Positions 49,278-59,494 are shown, counted from the stretch's first letter. The stretch: 64,000 bases of DNA from an uncultured Methanosarcinales archaeon (GCA_964405295.1 CAYONI010000001.1:106422-170421); one strand, 5' to 3'. The notes: a model not told the origin generated them from the letters alone. Made by a program: numbers and translations.

Positions 49278-51390
49278 TTAACTCTAATATATCATCACCA
49301 AACTTATTGAGTTTAGTTACACTCATCCCGGGTATTGCTTCTAATTCTTGAAAATCTTTAGGTTTAATCTTAGAGATTTGTAACAATACTCTATCTGATA
49401 ATATTTGGAATGCAGGAACATGGTAGAGTTTTGCAGTATCTCTTCTCCATTCACGTAGTTCAGAATAAAGATCTTTTTTGAAATATTGTGTTAAGGTTTT
49501 ATTTTTTAATGCAAAAGGAAAATTATTTTCTAGGTAATGTTTTGGAATAAATTTTGTAATATTACCATAATAACTTACAATTAATTTAGATTTTGCTCTT
49601 GTTAGTGCAACATAAAATAATCTTAACTCTTCACTATCTTTATTATAATCATCACCTGCTTTAATTAATTCAAGAACAGGGTGTTCTGATGTTCTACAGG
49701 GATAATTAAAGTTGTTTGCACCAACAACAAATACAATTTCTGCTTCTAATCCTTTTATTGCATGAACTGTTGAAAGTACAACTTCGTCACTATTCGCTTC
49801 TCTACTCACATTTTCAATGTCTGTACTTTTTTTAATATACTTTATCTTGTTTCTATCAAAATAAGATGCAATAATATCTAGTTGTTTATTTGTTCTTGTC
49901 AAAACAAATATTTTATTTCGTTGAATTTGTTGAGCTAAGATGCTATGAGCTAAGAAGAGGCATTCTGCATCTTCTGACCCATGATTAACAATAAGTATAG
50001 AGTTTTCTTTGGATTCCTTTACAGAATCTAAATCAGGAAGTTTTAGTGGTTCAATAATTTGGTTTGCTAATTCTAAGATATTTTTTGTTGATCTATAATT
50101 TATCCTTAATTGCAATATCTCTGCATTCTCATATTTTGCAGTAAAACCTAAGATATGTTCTATTCTTGCATTTCTCCACTCATAAATACTTTGTCTTGGA
50201 TCTCCAACAACAAATAAATTTTCACATCCTAGAAGATCTATTAATTGTATTTGTAAGTCATTAACATCTTGATACTCATCTATTAATATATATTCAAATT
50301 CAGGAATCTTATCTTTATTTTTTTCAAAGAAAGTTATTGTATGCATAATTTGTTCTGTATATTCTCTAAGATTATTTTTTTCTTTTAATTTTTCAATTGT
50401 TTTCAATATTTTATAGATCATGATCGCTTTTTGTTTATCTTGATAAGAGAAATCATCAATAATCTTATTTATTTCATCAGAGGTTTGCCATCTATTCTTG
50501 TAGTAATCACTGATCATAAATACATCGTTAATCAGCGAGAATAAGAGCGTTGTATGATCTTTTGATCTTATTTTTTTATCACTAAAATAAGTGTTAATTG
50601 CTTTATCCGGCTCAATTTCCAAAAGATCAAGTGCTTTTATGAACAACTTTGTCCTTAGCTTATTATCTACGACTTTAGATTCACCGTTATAAATCTCTTT
50701 TTCATATTTTCTTAATATTTTTTCTGAGAAAGAATTAAATGTTTCTATCTGGACAGTGTGATTTGGAATAGATTTATCTAACCTTAATTGCATTTCCCTT
50801 CTGGCTTTTCTAGTAAATGTTATTGCTAAAATTTTATTTTGTGGAACTGACTTATACTTTACTAAATATTCTATTCTTTTTATGAGTACAGAAGTTTTTC
50901 CACTGCCTGCACCAGCAATACACAGGGTTTTATCTGAATTACCTATAACTGCCTTTTTTTGTTCATCATTTAATCCATCAAGAAAAGTGTCTAATAATTT
51001 GAAATTTCTCTTGTCTTCTTCAGAAATACCTTTAATTTCACCAAAGTATCTTTCTATACCTTTACCAGTTGCAAGAGATAATTTTGGCATGATAAGCTCA
51101 TTTAGGCCTTTTTTGGTGATTTTAAGCACTTTGATAAATTTATTAGTTCGTAATGGTTGAATCTCAATAAGCTTGTTAAATTTCATTACTTCAAGTAGTT
51201 CATCTACTTCTTTGGCATTCATTAGTTCTAGGCAGCCGAATCCCTTGCTTTTCTCCAGCCTTAGCTTTAGAATCCTTGCCGTAGCATCTCCTAGAAGTAC
51301 TTCTGCAAATAGCTTTGAGCCTATCTGAAATCGTATATTATTTAGGGTTTCAAGCACTTTTAGATGTGGTTTTGCTTCTTTCACTAGCAA
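49270..51390 (-). CDS. UvrD/PcrA-like SF1 DNA helicase with a C-terminal HRDC domain.
   Basis: Walker A AGAGSGKTSVL. Motif VLIDEYQD. Motif VGDPRQSIY. C-terminal ...LREWRRDTAKLYHVPAFQILSDRVLLQI...PGMSVTKLNKFGDDIL matches an HRDC pattern. Confidence 0.8.
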   Translation of the reverse strand: MLVKEAKPHLKVLETLNNIRFQIGSKLFAEVLLGDATARILKLRLEKSKGFGCLELMNAKEVDELLEVMKFNKLIEIQPLRTNKFIKVLKITKKGLNELIMPKLSLATGKGIERYFGEIKGISEEDKRNFKLLDTFLDGLNDEQKKAVIGNSDKTLCIAGAGSGKTSVLIKRIEYLVKYKSVPQNKILAITFTRKARREMQLRLDKSIPNHTVQIETFNSFSEKILRKYEKEIYNGESKVVDNKLRTKLFIKALDLLEIEPDKAINTYFSDKKIRSKDHTTLLFSLINDVFMISDYYKNRWQTSDEINKIIDDFSYQDKQKAIMIYKILKTIEKLKEKNNLREYTEQIMHTITFFEKNKDKIPEFEYILIDEYQDVNDLQIQLIDLLGCENLFVVGDPRQSIYEWRNARIEHILGFTAKYENAEILQLRINYRSTKNILELANQIIEPLKLPDLDSVKESKENSILIVNHGSEDAECLFLAHSILAQQIQRNKIFVLTRTNKQLDIIASYFDRNKIKYIKKSTDIENVSREANSDEVVLSTVHAIKGLEAEIVFVVGANNFNYPCRTSEHPVLELIKAGDDYNKDSEELRLFYVALTRAKSKLIVSYYGNITKFIPKHYLENNFPFALKNKTLTQYFKKDLYSELREWRRDTAKLYHVPAFQILSDRVLLQISKIKPKDFQELEAIPGMSVTKLNKFGDDILELIN

Positions 51391-51518
51391 ATCTGGATAA
51401 TTCGATGTTTATAATTCTTTGCCTTTGAATCGTTTACTACTATAAAGAGACAACAAAACCAAAAAGTTTATAAAAACTAATAATATGATTACATTATAAT
51501 CTTAAAAAGAGGTCAAAA

Positions 51519-51743
51519 ATGAAAATAAAACTACGAAAACAAACATCTGATGGTTTAATCAAATTTGAAAATAAAACTCAAATAAAAGATGTTCTTGTTA
51601 ATGCAGAAGCAGTTGATTCTAAAAAAGAATCTATTGCAATCGCATTCAAAGGAACAAATGACTCTGGTTTTATTGAATTAAGCAGGGATGAAATTAATTT
51701 CTTTTTAAATAAATTAAACAAACAAAGACATTTAATGCAATAA
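51519..51743 (+). CDS. Hypothetical protein, 74 aa.
   Basis: ORF with a GAGGTCA Shine-Dalgarno-like motif upstream. Confidence 0.3.
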   Translation: MKIKLRKQTSDGLIKFENKTQIKDVLVNAEAVDSKKESIAIAFKGTNDSGFIELSRDEINFFLNKLNKQRHLMQ

Positions 51744-51811
51744 ATTTTTATTTTTTTACTCTTCACAAATAGTTAGAAAGATTAATATATATTCTTATTA
51801 ATTACACAGAT

Positions 51812-52120
51812 ATGTTCCGAGAAGGCACGCTAAATAAGAGAATTCTAGAAGATTGCTCAGGTGAAGAATCATTCTGGGTTAATTATGGCCCGATAATAAA
51901 CAATCTTACAAGTCTTGTTGAAGCAATAGAGAAAATGAGACTATATACTTTCAGATATCACGTTAATCAAGATAATAACAAGAATGATTTTGCTGATTGG
52001 ATTAGAACATCACTTGAAGACAAAGATCTCGCAATGAGATTAGAAGGAGTAACTGACAAAGATAAGTATCTTGAAATTCTCAAACACAGAAAAGATGAAC
52101 TAAAACTTCTAAAATCATAA
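51812..52120 (+). CDS. Hypothetical protein, 102 aa. It carries a helical domain shared with the C-terminus of the ABC-2 permease at 55171..57135.
   Basis: Shared pattern F..WI..SL.DK.LA.+...VTDKDK....I (see findings). Confidence 0.45.
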   Translation: MFREGTLNKRILEDCSGEESFWVNYGPIINNLTSLVEAIEKMRLYTFRYHVNQDNNKNDFADWIRTSLEDKDLAMRLEGVTDKDKYLEILKHRKDELKLLKS

Positions 52121-52172
52121 AAATGAACGATTTGTGATGCCAAGAAAGCAGATTACTTTTTTGTTCACAAGA

Positions 52173-52835
52173 TTAATAAATAATACCTATCAAAATTCCA
52201 ACTATATCAGAATATCTTACTTTAATTGCATCCTCATTAGGATTACTATCACCTTTTGTAATAAAATATTTGCCGCCAGAATCAGAACTAATATCAATTA
52301 CTCTATGAACAATCGTTGTTTCAGAACTATGTGAATTAAAAAAAATTATATCTCCTATTCCAATACCCTCATCAGAAATTGGTTCTGTAGTTAATAAAGT
52401 TGCGCCTTCATCCATGATAGGGACCATAGAATTTGTGTCTAATACATACCACTTATTCACATTATTAACATTCAGAACAACCCTATTATTCATTACCTGC
52501 ACTTGGCCATCATCAATACGATCTTGTGGAGAATTAAAACCTCCATTTAATGTCTCTGTAAGTAAATCATCCAAATTAGGTCTTTTATTTATTTGTTCAA
52601 TTAAACCAACCATTTCTTCTTGATAAAATTCAATATTACCTTTTAATTGTAAATTTTGATCAATCAAACTTAATTGTTCTTCTTCTGCATCAATCATGTT
52701 CTCTTGAAGCTTTAGAAATGCAGGATAATTCGGAATATCTGGCTCAGAATAACCTTGAAAAACATCTGTGATAAAAAGTCCATATACAAACAATACAAGT
52801 ATTATAATAACAAAATAAATCGGTTTAAGTTTCAT
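52173..52835 (-). CDS. Signal peptidase I of the archaeal Sec11/S26B type.
   Basis: N-terminal TM helix. Ser motif NSMVP. HRV. ITKGDSNPNED box. Confidence 0.65.
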   Translation of the reverse strand: MKLKPIYFVIIILVLFVYGLFITDVFQGYSEPDIPNYPAFLKLQENMIDAEEEQLSLIDQNLQLKGNIEFYQEEMVGLIEQINKRPNLDDLLTETLNGGFNSPQDRIDDGQVQVMNNRVVLNVNNVNKWYVLDTNSMVPIMDEGATLLTTEPISDEGIGIGDIIFFNSHSSETTIVHRVIDISSDSGGKYFITKGDSNPNEDAIKVRYSDIVGILIGIIY

Positions 52836-54091
52836 TTTCTCTTTTTATTTGATTTTCTTGAATTTCCAGAAACACTTATTCTAGATTTATTCTCTAATTT
52901 TTTTAATTTGTGTCTCATGTTTCTTATTAGAATATTATAGTGCTTAGCCAGCTCATTCATCTCACTAAACCACTTAATTTTCATCCCCTGTTTAAGATTA
53001 CCATTACTTGCCTGATTCATGGACTTAATCAATTCAGTTATCGGCTTAATAAACAAATCTGACATTGCCACTGCGAAAAATACAGACATTAAGAGTGCAA
53101 TTAGTGTAGAAATAAATATTACTTGATTTATATCAAGATTCTGAGATAAAAAGCTTATTTCTCTAAAATCTTTCTCAGCCATATCAACTGCCAATGCTCC
53201 GACAATTTCTGATTTATAATTATGTAAAGGAATATATATTGCTCTAAACCAATTCTGTTTTGTCCAAATTCTACCGAAGAAAATTTCGTTTTCAACAAAA
53301 ACTTTGTTGAATGCAGGTTCAGGAAACAATGTTCCTATCTGAGGATTTTCTCTTTGCGTAAGAATGGATGTTGAAATGGTAGCATCCTCCTGATAGATTG
53401 AAGACTCTAAGCCTAAACTGTTAGATATTTGTTTTGGAATTGAGTAATCTCTATTCAATAAATTAATAATCATTATTCCTCCAATAATTTCATCATTTTT
53501 ACTAATAGGAACAATAACAACTTGGCCCAGCCCGTCAATTCCATAAACTTCTTTTACAATTTCTTTTTGATATATAGAAGGAATTCTTCTTGTTTTAGTT
53601 AGGAGAATAAACTCTTGATCATCCAAAAACAATTCTCCTGAAGGAACAATTTCCGTTGAAACTACAGGAATTTTATTTTCAAAAGAATATTCAACCAGAT
53701 CCAAAAGCATAGTTTTTCCTTTATTATTAACATTGTTTGCACTCAACAGAACATTTTTATCCTGATCTAAAAATATGGCAACATCTGCTTCTTCAGATTC
53801 CTTGAGATTATGTAATAATATATCTAAAGATTCTAAATCTCTTTCTTCAACAGCATTAATAACAAACGGATTATTTGAAAGTGCATAACCTGCTTTAAAT
53901 AAATCCTCTTGATTGGACGAATAAATTGCATCTACAACTTGGGAATATTTTAACAACTCTTGCTCTAGTATACTTTCAATATTCTTGTCTACTGCAGATT
54001 TAATCAAAAGAGATGAAAAAATTAGAACAAGAGCTATGGATATAAATATAAATGCGAACATATACGTTCTAAAACTCACCTGTTTTTTCAT
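52832..54091 (-). CDS. Membrane sensor-like protein: TM – extracytoplasmic Cache-like domain – TM – HAMP. No output domain follows.
   Basis: Two TM helices flank a ~290-aa domain. A HAMP-like amphipathic segment (IKPITELIKSMNQASNGNLKQGMKIKWFSEMNELAKHYNILIRNM) ends the protein. ATGA overlap with the signal peptidase gene. Confidence 0.5.
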   Translation of the reverse strand: MKKQVSFRTYMFAFIFISIALVLIFSSLLIKSAVDKNIESILEQELLKYSQVVDAIYSSNQEDLFKAGYALSNNPFVINAVEERDLESLDILLHNLKESEEADVAIFLDQDKNVLLSANNVNNKGKTMLLDLVEYSFENKIPVVSTEIVPSGELFLDDQEFILLTKTRRIPSIYQKEIVKEVYGIDGLGQVVIVPISKNDEIIGGIMIINLLNRDYSIPKQISNSLGLESSIYQEDATISTSILTQRENPQIGTLFPEPAFNKVFVENEIFFGRIWTKQNWFRAIYIPLHNYKSEIVGALAVDMAEKDFREISFLSQNLDINQVIFISTLIALLMSVFFAVAMSDLFIKPITELIKSMNQASNGNLKQGMKIKWFSEMNELAKHYNILIRNMRHKLKKLENKSRISVSGNSRKSNKKRK

Positions 54092-54263
54092 AATAATCTA
54101 TCTTAGGAACGCTATTTTAAAAAGTTTATCAGAAAATAATGATAATCCAATTGAAATGTTAATCATGTGCTTGGGGAATTCGTGCTCAAACAAAGTTTGA
54201 CATGTCCTTAATTGATGAAATTCGTTTGAATTCATATATTCAAATCTCTATTAAAGAAATAAA

Positions 54264-54281
54264 CAGGCCTGACGGGATCCG
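54264..54281 (-). repeat. 18-nt duplicate of the tRNA-Arg 3' end (caggcctgacgggat[c/t]cg), 55 bp beyond the tRNA 3' end.
   Basis: 15/15 identity plus 2 of the 3 following bases, compared with 54336..54353. Confidence 0.6.
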
Positions 54282-54335
54282 TAGCAATTTCTGCGAGGCG
54301 CCAATAAGCTTTGCTTATTGAGTGTCTTCGAATTA

Positions 54336-54427
54336 CAGGCCTGACGGGATTCGAACCCGCGATCTACAGCTCTCTCTGAAATTAATCATAGGAGGCTGTC
54401 GCCTTATCCAGGCTAGGCTACAGGCCT
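54336..54427 (-). tRNA. tRNA-Arg (anticodon CCU) with a putative 17-nt intron at position 37/38.
   Basis: Acceptor AGGCCTG/CAGGCCT. D-arm GCCT/AGGC. T-arm GCGGG-TTCGAAT-CCCGT. Anticodon stem ACAGC/GCTGT encloses a 24-nt loop, read as CTCCTA + intron + A. Confidence 0.55.
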
Positions 54428-54479
54428 ATATTTAGTAAGAAACAATAATGTTTTAAAAAACTAATTATTCTTTAACATT

Positions 54480-55187
54480 ATGAATAAAGAAATACTTGAT
54501 CAGCATTTTATGATTGATAATAGTCTTATAAAGAGAATAATTGGTTATTCTGAGTTAAAAGAAAAAGATGTTGTTTTAGAAATTGGTCCTGGCAAGGGGG
54601 TATTAACAGATAAAATACTAGAACAAGCTAGAGTTATTGCTGTTGAATTAGATAAAGATTTATACTATGAACTTAAAGATAAATATAAAGAAAATAGTAA
54701 TATAAGACTAATAAATAGCAATGCATTAAAAGAAATTCTTAAGTGGGACTTTAATAAAATAGTTTCAAACATTCCTTATTCTATATCAGAACCTTTAATC
54801 ATTAAGATATTAATTAAACAACCAGAAATAGTTGTTATAACTACTGGGATAAATTTTAAAACTTATTTAGAAGCAAACAAGTTATTGAATATGTTATATG
54901 AATATGAAATAAAAGAAGAAGTTCCTAAGAAATCATTTTATCCATCACCGAATACAGAATCTATAGTGGTTAAATTAAAACTGAAACACACAAAAGAGTC
55001 AGGATTATTTAAAGAACTATTAGTTCAATATGATAAGAAATTAAAGAACGCTTTAATAAATATATTTAATGGCAAATTTACAAAAAATCAAGTAAGAGAT
55101 AAAATAAGTTCTTTTAAGTCAAAAAATAAATCTATACTAAATATGCCTGATGAAGAAATAGACTCTTTAACTAAAATCTTCTGTTAG
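54480..55187 (+). CDS. ksgA: 16S rRNA (adenine-N6,N6)-dimethyltransferase KsgA/Dim1.
   Basis: SAM motif LEIGPGKGVLT. Catalytic motif NIPYSIS. Confidence 0.8.
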   Translation: MNKEILDQHFMIDNSLIKRIIGYSELKEKDVVLEIGPGKGVLTDKILEQARVIAVELDKDLYYELKDKYKENSNIRLINSNALKEILKWDFNKIVSNIPYSISEPLIIKILIKQPEIVVITTGINFKTYLEANKLLNMLYEYEIKEEVPKKSFYPSPNTESIVVKLKLKHTKESGLFKELLVQYDKKLKNALINIFNGKFTKNQVRDKISSFKSKNKSILNMPDEEIDSLTKIFC

Positions 55188-57135
55188 TTGCCCCTCTTGC
55201 AATATACTCTTCTATAATTCTAACAACCTTATCTTTATCAGTTACTTTTCTTATTTTCCTAGCTAATCTTTTATCATTAAGAGAATCTTTTATCCAGATA
55301 GAAAACTTATTTCTTTCATGATCTACAAATTCCCTAAATTCTTCATTAGAACAATTTTCTAGAAACTTCAATAAATCTCTTTTATCTTTTAACACTCTTC
55401 CATTTTGTAATTTAAAGTATTGGTTGTTTGTTAGAATAAGGTTTTTACTTCTTATTCTTGGCATTTTCTTAAAATAAATCATTTTTGACAATCTTTGTAT
55501 TATTAATATTAATATAAAAATAAGAATAATATATCCAATAATTAAACCCAGATCAGGAATTATCTCAATAATATTAGCATTGAATATCATCACTTTTTTA
55601 AGAATATCCGAGAGAATCATATAAGGATTGTATCTTGCAATTTGTTGAACCAATAAAGGAGTTGTTTCTAAAGGGATAATCAAGTTTGATACAAAAAGAA
55701 GTACTGAAGCAAAACTTAAAGATGCGATGGTTACACCTTCTTGGCTTTGGAAAAGATAACCAAATCCCATTCCTATGAAAATAAACAATGAACAAGCTAA
55801 GAAGATAATCAAAAATGCCAATGGCAAATTGCTTAATGCTGAGAATTTTAAGAAATAAATGGCCAATCCGCCAATAACCATTATTTGAATTAATAATACT
55901 ATTATATTTGTTATGTAATAACTAATTAAATAAAAGGAATCTTTTGTTGGAGCAGTAAAATTTCTAAATGAAGCAGAAGACATTTTATCTATAATAATAC
56001 TTGTTCCTGATAACATTATACCAATAAACATAATTATTAAAATAATTAATGATGGGATTAAATATGTTGAGGCTTGGGCTGTTGTACCAACAGGTTTTAT
56101 CGTTGTAGTTATTGGGTTAACAATGCTCTCTGCACTAAAAACTTTTATTTCAGATATACTTGTACTAATTGATTCAAGAGAACTTTTTAATTGGGTGATG
56201 TCAGATTTCACTGATCCTAGATCAGACTTAATATCATCAATCTTTGATACTATATTTGCTCTTTTGTTATCTGCAGAAGAAATTTTGTCTTCCATATCTT
56301 CTAAATCATCATTAGCATCATCTAATTTAGATATAACACTTTGATAAGATGCATTAATATCTGAATCGTTAATATCAGTGTAATAACCTTGAAATGCAAG
56401 GTATTCTGTTGAATTTGTATCGTACCCTAAATCAATAAGAAGAGATTTTACTTCATCAATTGCATCAAGAGCATCATCTTTAATTGAATCAGCTTTTGAA
56501 TAAAGAGAATCCACTTTTGAATCAACTGATCCTATATCAACACTACCCATGTCGAGATCCATTGAAGAAATATCCGTGCTTACAGATTCTGAATCAGATA
56601 TTAAAGAATCTGTGTTCTGTTTAATATTCACCGCTCTAAACAAATTACTTTCCAGTTCGGTTTTTGTTAAAGTTATTGTTGTTAAAAGAGAAGATGTTAA
56701 ATCTTTACTTGTAGATTCTGCACTGATACCAATAATGCTAGAAATTCTACTTATAACTGTATCAACCAAATTTATTCTAGATTCATCTACATAAAGATGG
56801 ATATCATCTTGCACTTCATCATCTAAAACCAGCCCTCCCGGGAAAATTATACAAATATTAGTTGTTCCCTTCTTAACTGAATCAATACATAAGTTCTCAG
56901 ATTCAAATTCATTAACTTCATACTTATCTTCAAGTCCAAAAATAAACGCGTCTGTTGCGTTTGTATGCGATTCTGTATAATACCCTATTGAAAGAGAATA
57001 ATCAGAACCACTATTATTAAATGCTAAACCAATTAACAAAATTATTAATAAAGGACCTAGAAGTACAACTATCGCAGAAGTTTTATTTCTCAATAAAAGT
57101 TTAAAATTTTTCTTGATAACACTTACTAATTTCAT
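55171..57135 (-). CDS. ABC-2-type permease with a large extracytoplasmic coiled-coil, Ser/Asp-rich (YhgE/Pip-like) domain and a ~65-aa C-terminal cytoplasmic extension.
   Basis: The N-terminus MKLVSVIKKNFKLLLRNKTSAIVVLLGPLL is typical of ABC-2 permeases. There are 5-6 C-terminal TM helices. The tail shares a domain with the protein at 51812..52120. Confidence 0.6.
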   Translation of the reverse strand: MKLVSVIKKNFKLLLRNKTSAIVVLLGPLLIILLIGLAFNNSGSDYSLSIGYYTESHTNATDAFIFGLEDKYEVNEFESENLCIDSVKKGTTNICIIFPGGLVLDDEVQDDIHLYVDESRINLVDTVISRISSIIGISAESTSKDLTSSLLTTITLTKTELESNLFRAVNIKQNTDSLISDSESVSTDISSMDLDMGSVDIGSVDSKVDSLYSKADSIKDDALDAIDEVKSLLIDLGYDTNSTEYLAFQGYYTDINDSDINASYQSVISKLDDANDDLEDMEDKISSADNKRANIVSKIDDIKSDLGSVKSDITQLKSSLESISTSISEIKVFSAESIVNPITTTIKPVGTTAQASTYLIPSLIILIIMFIGIMLSGTSIIIDKMSSASFRNFTAPTKDSFYLISYYITNIIVLLIQIMVIGGLAIYFLKFSALSNLPLAFLIIFLACSLFIFIGMGFGYLFQSQEGVTIASLSFASVLLFVSNLIIPLETTPLLVQQIARYNPYMILSDILKKVMIFNANIIEIIPDLGLIIGYIILIFILILIIQRLSKMIYFKKMPRIRSKNLILTNNQYFKLQNGRVLKDKRDLLKFLENCSNEEFREFVDHERNKFSIWIKDSLNDKRLARKIRKVTDKDKVVRIIEEYIARGATNRRF

Positions 57136-57141
57136 TTTGGA

Positions 57142-58323
57142 TTATTTATATATAAATACACTTTCTCGTTTTGCTAAGTTATTAGTTTTCTTATCCTTTT
57201 TGATTTTCTTGGTTTTTTTATTCTTTTTAGGTTCTCTTCTATTCTTTTTTCTATTTTTTCTAGATAAATCACTCATCTTGCTTATTTCCTCTGTTGCAAG
57301 TGCATCATAATCTAAATCATCTTTTATAATTGCTTTTTCATCTTCATCCTTAGAAATAGAAACAAATATTTCATCAAGATTAGGATTTGCAACTGCAAGA
57401 TTAATAATTTCGTCTTTAAGTGATTCAGCTCGCCTAATCAAAGTACTTATCAACTTAGTTGGGTTTTTTGTTGTAATTATTAATTCATTATCTTGAACAA
57501 TTTGATTTTTGACTAATTTTATTGGAACTCTTTTTAGTAATCTATCATAATTCTTTGATTTAATTTCAATATTAACTTTTTTATGTTTAATATATTTCTT
57601 TTTAATATAATCAAACGTATTAATTTCTACAAAAGTTCCACCTTTTAATACAGCAAGTCTATCACATAAATGTTCTATCTCAGTTAAATGATGGCTAGAA
57701 AGAATAATTGTTGTTCCCTTGCTTCTAATTATCTTAATCAATTCCCATACGTGTTTTCTTAAAATTGGATCTAAATCAGATGTTGGCTCATCAAGTATTA
57801 AGATTTTTGGATCATGAACTAAAGAACAAGCAATATCTAATCTTCTTTGCATTCCACCTGATAGGTTTTTTGCTAATAAAAATCTGTTTGGTTTAAGTTC
57901 CATTAGATTAAGAAGAGCTTCAATATTTGATAATAATGCATCTCTAGACAAATTAAATAAAGAGCCAAAATATTCCATATTTTCTTGAACTGTAAGGTTA
58001 GGATAAAAACTTGGTTTTTGAGCTGCAAAGCCAACCATTTTTTTTATTTCAATTGTTTTCTCACTAACCTCTCTGTAAACTTGGGTATTCTTAAAACTAA
58101 GAAGATGCTCAAATCTAAACAATAAAGATCCCTTATCTGCACGCAAGAAACCAACCAATATGTTTAATAAAGTTGTTTTTCCAGTTCCAGATGCGCCAAT
58201 AATACCAAGTATCTCTCCTGGCATAATATCAAATGAAATATTACTAAGAACTTTCTTATTTCCAAAATACTTAGATATGTTTTTTATTCTAAATAATGGT
58301 TCAGCTGGCATATAATCACACAC
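57142..58323 (-). CDS. ABC transporter ATP-binding protein with a ~140-aa C-terminal extension ending in a Lys/Arg-rich tail.
   Basis: Walker A GASGTGKTT. Signature LSGGMQRRL. Walker B LILDEPTSDLD. H-loop. Confidence 0.8.
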   Translation of the reverse strand: MCDYMPAEPLFRIKNISKYFGNKKVLSNISFDIMPGEILGIIGASGTGKTTLLNILVGFLRADKGSLLFRFEHLLSFKNTQVYREVSEKTIEIKKMVGFAAQKPSFYPNLTVQENMEYFGSLFNLSRDALLSNIEALLNLMELKPNRFLLAKNLSGGMQRRLDIACSLVHDPKILILDEPTSDLDPILRKHVWELIKIIRSKGTTIILSSHHLTEIEHLCDRLAVLKGGTFVEINTFDYIKKKYIKHKKVNIEIKSKNYDRLLKRVPIKLVKNQIVQDNELIITTKNPTKLISTLIRRAESLKDEIINLAVANPNLDEIFVSISKDEDEKAIIKDDLDYDALATEEISKMSDLSRKNRKKNRREPKKNKKTKKIKKDKKTNNLAKRESVFIYK

Positions 58324-58544
58324 GTTTTTATATTCTATAAAATAGAAATAAGTAACAAATTTACAACCCTAATTTGACTTCACCTCTATTTTTTATTAAT
58401 TTACAAGTTTAACATTTAAAAAACTTACTAATTTGTAAAGCAAAAACGATTTAATATACAATTTTTGAAATCTCAAGGTTATAGCATTAGTAAAACTTTA
58501 TAAAAAGAGAAAAACGCTCTAATAAAAAAAGGTTTTGAACTAAA

Positions 58545-59300
58545 ATGTCAATTGTTGATCCACTATTAAACTGGCTATTAATATTTAATCCATTCGTAAG
58601 TATATTAATTATATCTATAATTCTTGGTGTTATTACAACCTTAGTTTACAAATACGCATCTAATCAAAAAAAGATAAAAGAATTAAAAGATGAAACTAAA
58701 GCACTTCAGAAAAAGATAAAAGCGATTTCTAAAACAAATCCTGAAAAAATGATGGAACTGAATTCAAAAATGATGAAGTTGAATGGTCCATTAATGAAAG
58801 AAACAATGAAGCCAACTTTATGGACAATTATTCCATCACTATTAATATTAACTTGGATGGCTGCTAATCTCGCATTTATGCCAATTATTCCAGGACAAAC
58901 ATTTGAGGTAATAACAGAATTTAATGAAGGTATAACTGGGAATGTTTCAATGTTTGCTATTCCCGAAGGATTAGAATTTATTAATGGTGCAACACAAGAA
59001 ATATCTGATGGTCAAGCAAGATGGGTTCTTAAGTCTTCAGATGAAAATACCTATACCCTAACTATAAATTACAAAGATCTTGATTTTAATCAAGATGTTA
59101 TAATAACTAACGCTAGAGAATATATAAATCCTGAACAAATAGTTAAAAAAGAAGGATTAAACAAAATAATTGTTGGTAACGAAAAAATTAAGCCATTCAA
59201 AGGTGCACCAATAATAGGTAATTTAAATTGGTTATGGTCATATATTCTTCTAACAATGATCTTTACTACAGTTCTAAGAAAACTATTAAAGGTATACTAA
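58545..59300 (+). CDS. DUF106-like membrane protein (archaeal YidC/Oxa1/EMC3-like insertase fold) with an extra C-terminal soluble domain.
   Basis: TM1, then a coiled coil (KELKDETKALQKKIKA...PEKMMELNSKMMKLNGPLM), then TM2. This architecture is characteristic of DUF106. Confidence 0.45.
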   Translation: MSIVDPLLNWLLIFNPFVSILIISIILGVITTLVYKYASNQKKIKELKDETKALQKKIKAISKTNPEKMMELNSKMMKLNGPLMKETMKPTLWTIIPSLLILTWMAANLAFMPIIPGQTFEVITEFNEGITGNVSMFAIPEGLEFINGATQEISDGQARWVLKSSDENTYTLTINYKDLDFNQDVIITNAREYINPEQIVKKEGLNKIIVGNEKIKPFKGAPIIGNLNWLWSYILLTMIFTTVLRKLLKVY

Positions 59301-59494
59301 TTGAATTTATGTGCTTAAAGTAAGCTGATTAGAATTATAAAATAGGGTCTGGTTAATAAAGTTTAATACTACAGACAGCCCAGGCCATCTAGGAACATTC
59401 TGGTTTAGCGAAAGCATATTAATAATATAGCAATAAGTTTATAAATAGTTTATGAATACTTTAATATAAATTTTTTATTTTTTGGAGGTTAAAA

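Noticed and set aside
54264-54335. A second tRNA gene or a Nanoarchaeum-style split tRNA half at the duplicated tRNA-Arg 3' fragment.
   Set aside because: The fragment has only the acceptor and T-stem 3' strands. It has no T-loop, no anticodon arm and no complementary leader. It is a partial duplication.
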